Source of the DNA: Bacteroidota bacterium
GTDB lineage: Bacteria > Bacteroidota > Bacteroidia > Bacteroidales > UBA12481
Length of the DNA stretch: 64,000 nucleotides
Reading direction: 5' to 3'
Assembly: GCA_018669475.1 (NCBI GenBank)
Contig: JABHCC010000084.1
Coordinates: forward strand, 25,912-89,911
The position numbers and the translations under genes are program-made. Below the pieces are notes generated by a model that was given only the letters and a program-made list of their open reading frames with translations, did no database searches and was not told the origin of the DNA. Numbering within the stretch: the first letter of the stretch is position 1; each line of letters begins with the position of its first letter. This document shows positions 17,602 through 26,312 of the stretch, in pieces.

Positions 17602-19487
17602 TTTCTGATAATAACTGTCAAACCTGAGTTTTCTGGTAAATTTCTTGAAATTACCGTTTTACTATTCACTCTGATTGTTTCACTGCATACTTCATTGTTT
17701 TTCAAATCATCAGCATTTTGAAAGTATATCTTTGCCTCATATTGATCCTTCATATCTAAAAACTCAAGTGGAATATTAATTTCCTTGGATTGATGGGATG
17801 TCAGACTCCCAATAAACCAATATTCACCACTTTTTCGGGCTATAGTAGCATATTTCCCAATCTCCCCCTCAAGTACTCGTGTCTCATCCCATGTAGTCGG
17901 CAAGGCATCATAAAAACTAAGGTCTTCATTCTCATATAGAATAGCTTTTGCAGTGCCGGCTCCTCCTTTTTTATGAGGTGATCCCTCGGGTCTGTCATAC
18001 CAGTATAGAAACTGCCAGGGACTGTATAGCATTACCGCTTTGGCCATTTGTGCAGTTTTTCCGCCCATTTTCTCCTGTACCCTGGGAGCTAGATAGCAAT
18101 TCGTGTTGTCACCTGCACCAGCTAACATTCTTGTAAAAAGGGTAATCAGAGTATGTTCGACAGACGGACTTTCCTCATCACCTCTGATACCCTCTTGTGT
18201 CATCAGGTTGGGGTAGGTACGGGAATAGCCTGTGGGCCTGTACTCATCATGCACATCAACCATCAGCTTATATTTTGCTGCTTTTCGTATGGCCTCATGA
18301 AGCCAGAATGTCCATTCTTGCTGACCAACATTCACAAAACCGTATTTCACTCCCTTCACACCCCAAGTTTGTAGCAGGGGTAATACCTCATCCAATTGTT
18401 TTTCCAAAGCCCGACGATTCACGTAAAGTATAATGCCAACACCTTTGAGATTTGCATAGTCAATAATTCTATGCAGATCTAATGGTCCCGTTGATCTGCG
18501 AGGATCAACTGTTATAGTAGTGGCATCGGACTGATCATCATACTCGTTGCCGTACCAGCCCGCATCCAATTCTATATATTGAAGATTATGGCGTACCGCA
18601 AAATCTACGCAAGCCAGTCCTCCTTTCGTAGTTAAGGTAACCTCACGGATAATCTTTCCGGGTTTGATCCATGAGATATCTTGCAACTGATTTGCTTCAT
18701 TTAAATTCTCGATAAAGTAGTTGTTTTCTAATAATTCGCCCGGACTGTCACCTACCATGATAAATCGCCATGGAGTCTGATAACCAGCTTTTTTCAGGCC
18801 CACAGTGCCAGATAGTTTAACTTTCAAACTGAATGAGTTTTCTGGGTCATGGATGAATTTCATCCTGGCATAATCGACGAGTGCTGCCTCTCCCAGAGCC
18901 AAATATGAACTATCATTACGTTGAATAACAAGAGGGCGTTCACAGGCATTCTCTATATCACTGATTTTTTGCTCACGGTATGTTGATTGAGCCCGATCTG
19001 CTACCCATACCTTATAATCACCATCAAAACTAAAGCTTGTCTCTTCCTGAGTTAGTAATTGATCCCATCCTGATTGGCTGTCAAAAATGTATCGGAAAGC
19101 AATCCCTTCATCATAAGCCCTGCAAACCAATTGTAATTTTTGATTTGGATTTGATGCATCTGTTAGAGTAAACACGAGCTCATTAAAGCTATTCTGAACA
19201 GAACATCTTTCGCCGTAAACGGGTTCCCAACTTTCATCTTTTGAAGTTCTTTTTATATCGCTGATCTGATTTCCATTCCAGGAAACATTTTCAAAAATAA
19301 AACCACCAAGCCTGGTGGCCAATATCTGGTTTTGACTATCAAACAAGATTAATGATAACTCCTCTTCATTAGATTCAATAATTGCCCTCAAATTCTTTGA
19401 TGGACTTTCAAGTCTGATAGTTTTCTTTGATGAACAAGCTGCAAGCAGGATCAGGCAAAAAATAATTATCGGGAAATTTCTATTCAA
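17595..19487 (-). CDS. Glycoside hydrolase family 97 lipoprotein
   Basis: W.PVYGE, RAYDEGIAFRY, TPWR, SWIKPGK, DAGWY, PTG.SRTYPN..T.EG.RG.E, FTRMLAG..D, PTTWDET motifs. Confidence 0.93.
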   Translation of the reverse strand: MNRNFPIIIFCLILLAACSSKKTIRLESPSKNLRAIIESNEEELSLILFDSQNQILATRLGGFIFENVSWNGNQISDIKRTSKDESWEPVYGERCSVQNSFNELVFTLTDASNPNQKLQLVCRAYDEGIAFRYIFDSQSGWDQLLTQEETSFSFDGDYKVWVADRAQSTYREQKISDIENACERPLVIQRNDSSYLALGEAALVDYARMKFIHDPENSFSLKVKLSGTVGLKKAGYQTPWRFIMVGDSPGELLENNYFIENLNEANQLQDISWIKPGKIIREVTLTTKGGLACVDFAVRHNLQYIELDAGWYGNEYDDQSDATTITVDPRRSTGPLDLHRIIDYANLKGVGIILYVNRRALEKQLDEVLPLLQTWGVKGVKYGFVNVGQQEWTFWLHEAIRKAAKYKLMVDVHDEYRPTGYSRTYPNLMTQEGIRGDEESPSVEHTLITLFTRMLAGAGDNTNCYLAPRVQEKMGGKTAQMAKAVMLYSPWQFLYWYDRPEGSPHKKGGAGTAKAILYENEDLSFYDALPTTWDETRVLEGEIGKYATIARKSGEYWFIGSLTSHQSKEINIPLEFLDMKDQYEAKIYFQNADDLKNNEVCSETIRVNSKTVISRNLPENSGLTVIIRKE

Positions 19488-19834
19488 TGATTTTGTGATT
19501 ATAAATTGCGTCTGAATAAAAGTAATAGATATTATTCATACTTTCGAGTTGAATGCAATAATTGCAATCCTATACTTAATTATCATGTCGATGAATTCAT
19601 CGTTTGTGCCATTATTCCGTTTGGTGTTATGTGCTCTGTTTTGCTTAAATCTGACATCCCAGATCCAATCCCAAATACTCTCCCCAACTCCTCCTGTGGG
19701 AAGGGGGTAGCTGGCTTTGAAATGGTATGTGTTACCGGATTAGAAAAGCTGTTGAGGCCGGTACAAGAGAAATGGTTTTCGGTAAGATAAATTCACAAGT
19801 ATTTGTTGGATTGAAACAGTCAATGTTCTGGGGC

Positions 19835-21741
19835 TTATAGTGCTTTGTAAGGAATCGTAAAATAGAACTGTGATCCCACTCCATATTCAGATTCAACCCA
19901 GATTTTACCACCGAGCATTTCTACATATGCCTTCGAGATAGATAAACCTAAGCCTGAACCTTCAAAAGATTTTGAAAAGCTGGCATCGGCCTGTATAAAT
20001 CGTTCAAAAATCATCTTCTTACAGTTTTCTTTTATGCCGATTCCTGTATCTTTTACAAAAAACTTCAGGTAATCTTTTTTTATCTCGTAGCCAAATTCAA
20101 CCTGTCCTTTGAGGGTGTATTTTTTAGCATTGTTAAGCAGGTTCGTTAAAACTGCAGTTAATTTTTCGAGGTCTGTTGTCAGGAGATTCTTTTTTGAAAG
20201 ATTAGATTTTGCATAAGCAATGTGCAGGCCCTTTTTTTCGAATTCTGGTTTGAAAAAGGAATAAAGTTCTTCCAGTTGCTGATCAATGTCAAAATCAGTA
20301 GGGACAATTTTCATTAATCCTGATTCAATTTTTGAAAAATCTACCAGGTCATTAATTATGTTGAGAAGTCTTAATCCGCTGCTTTCAATAATTTCAATAC
20401 ATCTTTGCCTTTCTTCTTCAGTTGTGTCAAGTTCTTTAAGTAATTCTGTAAATCCTAAAATGCCATTCATGGGGGTTCTTATTTCATGGCTCATATTAGC
20501 CAGAAATGATGATTTTAAACGGTCTGATTCCTCTGCTTTAAAAAGGGCTTTAACTAACTTTTCTGCACCTCTTTTCTGCTCTGTTATATCTCGATTTATT
20601 CCTCTCTTGCCGAGATATTTATTTTCTTCATTGTAAACGGGTTTGCACAAATGGCTAATCCATTTGTGTTCACCACTTTTGTTAGTAATTTGAAACTCAA
20701 GTGGTTTGTGAAGGTTTTTTCTTTCTGTCTAAAATGCTCAATAACCAGATCCTGATAATCCGGATGAACTAATTCAAAAAAGAGTTGGTCATCTTTTAAG
20801 AAAGCTTCAGAAGTATAACCACTAGTTTGTTCACAAGCAGGCGATATGTAAACGTATTCACCTTGCGGATTAATCCAATATTCCCAATCGGATGAATAAT
20901 CTGCTAAAAGGCGAAATTTAGTTTCGCTCAAACTCAATGCAATTTCTTTTCGTTCCAACTCTTTTCGACGAAATGCACTCATTAAAACTGATGGTAAACG
21001 CATTAAATAATTTTCACGCTTAACAACATAATCATCCGCTCCAATTTTCAGAGTCTCAACAGCAATATCTTCAGATCCTTGTCCGGTAATAATAACAATT
21101 GCCACAGACAATTTTCTTTCAAGTCGTATGATTTTGCAAATTTCGAGAGCATTTAAGCCAGGCAATTGATAGTCGATTAACAATACATCAAAATCACATT
21201 TTTCATCCGCTTTTGTGGGAAGAAGTTCTAAGGCTTTTTCTCCGCTTGAAATTACCTTAACATGAATATGAGGAGAAAGTTTCTTGAAGTGCCTTAGACT
21301 CAGATCAATATCACTTTGGTGGTGCTCAACATACAATACTGACAGATGTCTCCGTTTTTCAGCAATATGTGTAAAAGTATATTCAATTTGAGTGGCCATG
21401 TCCTTATAAAATCCAGGTTTTTTAGAAATATAATCATTCGCTCCTGCTTTTAAGGCCGCAGCTGCTATCTCTTCAGAGCCCTGTCCGGTTAAAATAATAA
21501 TCGGAATTGGGTTATCCTGATTGCGTAATTCGATTAGTAAATCCATCGCATTGCCATCAGGCAGATTTAGATCAAAAATAGCCAAATCAAGATCTATAGA
21601 ACCATGAAGAAATTGCCTTGCTTCTTCCAGCCGACTAACAACTGTAAGTACAATATCAGACCATTTTTTGCGTAGCTCTCTAGCAATAAGGTCTGCATCT
21701 GTCTGATTATCTTCTAATAATAGGATATTGTACATAGGCAA
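19835..21741 (-). pseudogene. REC-REC-PAS-histidine kinase hybrid split by a 1-nt frameshift (ORFs 20596..21741 and 19835..20650)
   Basis: One extra A in the A6 tract (T6 at 20715-20720) joins HFRQKEK to NLHKPLEFQITNKSGEHKWISHLCKPVY...RDITEQK and KSSFLANMSHEIRTPMNG, restoring a complete PAS-PAC-HK. Confidence 0.8.
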
Positions 21742-21744
21742 GAC

Positions 21745-22176
21745 TTAAATATGGGCTTTGTTTAAAACAGTCCAATACAATTCAATTTGCGAGGCTACCT
21801 CTACGAATTTAGTGAAATTTACCGGTTTAATAATATAGGAATTGGCCCCTATTTTGTAAGCCCTTTCAACATCGCGATTATCAGAGGAAGTTGTAAGAAC
21901 AACCACTGGAATTGTATTATATATTGGATGCTTTTTATAAGCTTCAAGTACCTGTAAACCATCTAATTTAGGTAGCTTCAAGTCAAGTAATATCACAATA
22001 GGAATTTGCCTTCCTGCGTCCCATTTCTTGATGTATTCTAAGGCCTCTTCTCCATCGCGGGCAATGTCTACGGGATTAGTTATATTTTGCTTTTTAAATG
22101 CCCGTAAACTAAGATCTATATCAACAGGATTGTCTTCAACTAATAGGATCGGAAGTCTTGAATAATCGATTACCAT
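21745..22176 (-). CDS. Single-domain response regulator (Rcp1-like)
   Basis: ILLVEDN..D, ILLDLKLPK.DG, IPVVVLTTS, GANSYI.KP; probable start 22176. Confidence 0.9.
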   Translation of the reverse strand: MVIDYSRLPILLVEDNPVDIDLSLRAFKKQNITNPVDIARDGEEALEYIKKWDAGRQIPIVILLDLKLPKLDGLQVLEAYKKHPIYNTIPVVVLTTSSDNRDVERAYKIGANSYIIKPVNFTKFVEVASQIELYWTVLNKAHI

Positions 22177-22177
22177 A

Positions 22178-24658
22178 TCAGATTTTTTTTTCAATTTCAA
22201 TATAGAAACTCGCTCCCTTATTTGGACTACTCTCAGCCCATATCTTTCCATTCATACGGTTAATAGCTTTACTTACCATAGCCAGACCTACACCTGTACC
22301 TTGATATTCTTCTGCCAGATGTAAACGTTGGAAAATTTGGTATATCTTATCGTGGTATATCATATCGAATCCTATACCGTTGTCTTTGACATAGATTAGC
22401 CAATGAGTTTTCGTCTCATTAGCCCCAATCTCAATAGAGCTATTTTTCCTATTAGAAGTAAATTTAATCGCATTATCAATCAAATTTCTCAATATTAGAT
22501 TCAACCCTTCTTTATCTGCGGTAATAATAAACTCATTGGGAATCGTTAACTTAATTTGAAAGTTTTCTGATGAGAAAATTTTAGAAAAACTTGACACGTT
22601 TCTGTCAATTAGAGAGTTGAGGTTTATGTTCTCCAAGAAGAAATCTTTGAGCTCCATGCGTGAGTAAGCCAGTAAATCCTCAATGAGCAAATTCATTTGT
22701 TCGGTATCTTTGCGAATATTCGCCAGAAACTCCTGAGCACCCTGTGGTAAATCATTTCCAAAATCATCGAGTAAAAGCTGGCTATACCCATCAATTCCTC
22801 TCAAAGGTGCTTTAAGATCATGCGATACAGAATAGGTGAATTTCTCAAGTTCTTCATTGAGCCTAATTAGTTGTTTATTAGTTTTATCCAGCTCATTAGA
22901 TTCTTTATTTAGATCATCAACCAGATTCAGCAATGCTTCCTGGCTATTCTTTAAATCTATGGTTCTTTCCTTTACCAGATCCTCAAGAGATTCTCGATAT
23001 TTACCTAGTTCTATATCCTTTTGCTTACGGTCTGTAATATCTTCTCCTATAGAAATTAACAGATGATTATTAATATCCGGATCGTCATATAGTCCAGTTG
23101 TCTGCCACGATATAAATTTTTCCTCACCAGTTTTGCCTAAAATCAAATTCTCATATGAATGTGAAGAATGTCCCCAGGCATCTTTCCAAACATTATTCAT
23201 TTCATTTGCTATGTCGCTTGGGAAGAATATATCAAACCAATCTTTTCCGATAACTTCTGAAGGCTCATATCCGGTAATATCTTGTAAGCCTTTATTGAAG
23301 ATTTTTATACGATGGTTCAGGTCGAGGCCAACAATGGCTGCTGAGCTGGTTTTAATAATTTTTTCAGAGAACTCTTTCTCTTTAGACAAAGCCTCTAATA
23401 TCTGCTTCTGTTCCGTAATCACTTCTGTATACACAATTAATCCTCCAATTGTACCTTCTTCCTCGTACCATGGCCGGCATTCCCAACGTGTCCAATCCAC
23501 AGATCCATCTTCACGCTCATAAGCATCATCTTCCTCACTGAAAATTTCTCCTGCTAAGACTTTCTGATGTACATCTCTCCATTTCTGTGGCAAATCAGGA
23601 AAAACGTCATAGTGATTTTTGCCAATAACATCTTTCTCTTTCACGTTGTAATCTTTTAAGTAGCGCTGGCTAACATAAATATAATTCATATCCATGTCAT
23701 GCACGGCCACTGCACTTCTATTGTGTTCAATGATGTATTTCATTAACTCATGAGAATGTGCCAGAGCAGTCTTAGATAATTTTTGTTCTGTTATATCGCT
23801 GGTGAGCCCAAAAATTTGCTGTGGTTCGCCTCCTTCCAAACGCTTAAAAATGGTCTCTTTAGAGTGTAATATGCACCATTCGCCATTTTTATGCCTCATC
23901 CGGTATTCGTGCTCGATGAGCTCTTCATCATCTGCGGTTTGATACCTTGGAATAATTTCAGATAAGTATTTCTTAAAATCATCAGGATGCATCAGGTCAG
24001 GTAAAATATTTTCACCCATGGTATGAATCTCTTCGACTGAATAGCCTAGGATTCTTTGAATACCCAGATTGCTATAAATGTTTTTGCGCTCAACGATGTC
24101 ATAGATATATATTAGATCGGGTGAAGAATTTAATATTGTTTGGTTGAAGTCTTGACTTCTCTGCAGTTGTTCTTCAATGCGCTTTCGTTCAGTGATATCC
24201 TGAAAAACGCAATAGGTTTGGCGAAAACTTCCATCGGGGTGGTAACCTATACATCCTTCAAATGAGATTTGGAGATACCTTCCTTTTTTGTTGCGGATCT
24301 TAAATTGGACATCGCTGAAATAGCCTCTTTTTTTAAAAGCGGGAAAGTTTTTTTCAAAATGTGCTTTATCATCTGGATGCAGGAAATCTCCATACCATTT
24401 GCCGATTATTTCCTCTTGTTTATAGCCAAGTGTTTTGAGCCATGCAGGATTAACATCTAAAAAACAACCATCAAAATCAAGAGATTGGTAGGGAAGTGGA
24501 GCATTATCGTATAAGGTTCTAAATTTTTCCTCATCGCCTTTAAGTTCAATTAATGCAACTCTGGCCTCCAGTTCAGACGCTTCTACCAGCAGGAGCTTTG
24601 CTTGTAATTCCTCTAGCTCTTTGATTAACTGATCTTTAGATTTGTCCAGAATTCCCAT
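22178..24658 (-). CDS. Multi-PAS sensor histidine kinase
   Basis: Four PAS/PAC repeats (DITE.K-like linkers), SVSHDLKAPLR H-box, NAIKF, DNGIG, FQRLH..EYQGTGVGL; no TM helix. Confidence 0.92.
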   Translation of the reverse strand: MGILDKSKDQLIKELEELQAKLLLVEASELEARVALIELKGDEEKFRTLYDNAPLPYQSLDFDGCFLDVNPAWLKTLGYKQEEIIGKWYGDFLHPDDKAHFEKNFPAFKKRGYFSDVQFKIRNKKGRYLQISFEGCIGYHPDGSFRQTYCVFQDITERKRIEEQLQRSQDFNQTILNSSPDLIYIYDIVERKNIYSNLGIQRILGYSVEEIHTMGENILPDLMHPDDFKKYLSEIIPRYQTADDEELIEHEYRMRHKNGEWCILHSKETIFKRLEGGEPQQIFGLTSDITEQKLSKTALAHSHELMKYIIEHNRSAVAVHDMDMNYIYVSQRYLKDYNVKEKDVIGKNHYDVFPDLPQKWRDVHQKVLAGEIFSEEDDAYEREDGSVDWTRWECRPWYEEEGTIGGLIVYTEVITEQKQILEALSKEKEFSEKIIKTSSAAIVGLDLNHRIKIFNKGLQDITGYEPSEVIGKDWFDIFFPSDIANEMNNVWKDAWGHSSHSYENLILGKTGEEKFISWQTTGLYDDPDINNHLLISIGEDITDRKQKDIELGKYRESLEDLVKERTIDLKNSQEALLNLVDDLNKESNELDKTNKQLIRLNEELEKFTYSVSHDLKAPLRGIDGYSQLLLDDFGNDLPQGAQEFLANIRKDTEQMNLLIEDLLAYSRMELKDFFLENINLNSLIDRNVSSFSKIFSSENFQIKLTIPNEFIITADKEGLNLILRNLIDNAIKFTSNRKNSSIEIGANETKTHWLIYVKDNGIGFDMIYHDKIYQIFQRLHLAEEYQGTGVGLAMVSKAINRMNGKIWAESSPNKGASFYIEIEKKI

Positions 24659-24661
24659 GTG

Positions 24662-25372
24662 TCAGATTTTTGTGTTTTCTCTTCCTAACTGGCTTTTCAG
24701 AGTTTTTATTTCTTTTTTTAATTCTCTCATCTTTAACTCACGGCCGACGAATAATTTATTCATTCGTTCTAGTGACTCGTTTTTTTCTGCTAACTCTTGA
24801 GTACGTACCTCTATAAGTTCTTCGAGATGTGAGCGATAATGCTCAATTTCTTTTTCTCTCTGCTTGAGCTCGGTCACATCCCGTATAATCCCCTCAATAG
24901 CAACTGGATTTCCTTTATTATCAGTAATCAAAGTATTTAGCTGATGCAAATATCTTATTTCACCTGATTTATGGATAATCTGGTATTCATATGATGGATC
25001 CATATCACCTTGAATTAGTTTTGACCATTGCATCTCAAAATATTCAATCCAATCGGGATGAATGGAATTCTTAATCAAAATGGGAGAGTTGTAAAATTCA
25101 TCAGGAGTATATCCGAAAAGATCAATTGATGCTCGGCTAATATACTTGTACTTGCCATCAGGCAGCGACATCCGATATATCACGTCTCTAGCGTTCTCAG
25201 CAACTAGGCGTATTCGACTATAACGTGCATCGCTTATTCTTTTCCAAAACTTAGACCAGATCATCCAAAAAAATTTAGCTTTGTGTAAGTTAATCAAATC
25301 TTTTAAATCAGCCTCATTATTAAACAAATACTGAGGCTGATTCCTTATCAAGATACGTCCAAACTTCATCAT
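24662..25372 (-). CDS. PAS-domain protein with C-terminal coiled coil (N-terminus possibly degenerate)
   Basis: PAS_3 pattern (DVIYR..Y.YIS..LFGY.P.EF..IHPD..EYQI..RDVTE) followed by LEELIEVRTQEL...GRELKM. Confidence 0.7.
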   Translation of the reverse strand: MMKFGRILIRNQPQYLFNNEADLKDLINLHKAKFFWMIWSKFWKRISDARYSRIRLVAENARDVIYRMSLPDGKYKYISRASIDLFGYTPDEFYNSPILIKNSIHPDWIEYFEMQWSKLIQGDMDPSYEYQIIHKSGEIRYLHQLNTLITDNKGNPVAIEGIIRDVTELKQREKEIEHYRSHLEELIEVRTQELAEKNESLERMNKLFVGRELKMRELKKEIKTLKSQLGRENTKI

Positions 25373-25468
25373 ATTTTCTCAGAATAGTGGAAGGAATATC
25401 TGCGGAGATCTGACTATTGATGGTGTTCTTTACTGCTATTGCCGTCCTTGTATCGGGCACGCTGCAAA

Positions 25469-25515
25469 CAATAGCTATTAACCTGCTATTAACTATACAT
25501 TAACTTCTTTATTCT
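25469..25515 (+). repeat. 47-bp direct repeat, copy 2
   Basis: Identical to 17555-17601; contains three ATTAAC hexamers at 11-bp spacing; 41 nt upstream of the ATG at 25557. Confidence 0.95.
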
Positions 25516-25556
25516 GAAACAATGCAGATATTTGACATAGTTATAATACTAATGTC

Positions 25557-26285
25557 ATGGAAACTGCGTTTCGACCAAAAATACTGGTGCTTCTTCTTTT
25601 CAGCCTGCTAATGGCATCCTGCAGTAATTCTGTGAAAGATACTTATTCATTCAAGCTGAAATTAGGGAATTTGGACGATCAGGCAATAATACCAGTTTTA
25701 GAAGGTAGCTTACATTTTAAGGATCAGCCAGCAGAAGAACTTATAAATATACCCGATGATCTGGATGAGATCAGGTATGCTTATGTTCAAACCTCGCTTG
25801 GCACTGACAGTTTAACCACAATAGTTAGCGGACTGACTTCAGGTAAGGATGTAGTTTATGTTATTGATGCCAACAGTAATGAGGATCTGAGTGACGATGA
25901 GGTTCTGATGTTTACTTTGAAAAATGGAATATATCAGGCTGAAGAATTGGTATACGGCGAAAAAGGAGAATCTCCTTTGATTCATGAACCAACACGTTTA
26001 TCCATCACAACCCGTAATTCAGATAAACCCGAATATCATTTTAATGAACTATGGTTCACTCAATTAAAGCTAGGCTCAGAAAGCCTGGATGTTGCAATTC
26101 AGCGCTTTGCTCCTGACTTCGCTTTTTTATTTATTGATATTAACCAATCTAAAAAATTCGACCAGATATTCTTTCCCTCAAGAGAGAAACTTTCTATGAA
26201 CGGATTCTCATTTACCGTGAATGTTGATTTTGAGAATGAACTTATTCACTTAAGTAAAACTGATCCAGGACCAACCGGCCAATGA
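25557..26285 (+). CDS. Hypothetical lipoprotein
   Basis: Lipobox MASC; DANSNEDLSDD acidic loop (Dx[DN]x[DN]-like, possible Ca2+ site). Confidence 0.7.
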   Translation: METAFRPKILVLLLFSLLMASCSNSVKDTYSFKLKLGNLDDQAIIPVLEGSLHFKDQPAEELINIPDDLDEIRYAYVQTSLGTDSLTTIVSGLTSGKDVVYVIDANSNEDLSDDEVLMFTLKNGIYQAEELVYGEKGESPLIHEPTRLSITTRNSDKPEYHFNELWFTQLKLGSESLDVAIQRFAPDFAFLFIDINQSKKFDQIFFPSREKLSMNGFSFTVNVDFENELIHLSKTDPGPTGQ

Positions 26286-26289
26286 CCAT

Positions 26290-26312
26290 GTCCTTGACTG
26301 GAGACCAAGGAC
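26290..26312. terminator. Hairpin between convergent genes
   Basis: GTCCTTG-N9-CAAGGAC inverted repeat; no clear U-tract. Confidence 0.4.

Noticed and set aside
19506-19790. 94-aa ORF, or an attC-like/REP remnant (TGTTATGTGC end, weak hairpins)
   Set aside because: No recognisable domain; no matching complementary attC core found; no integrase nearby.
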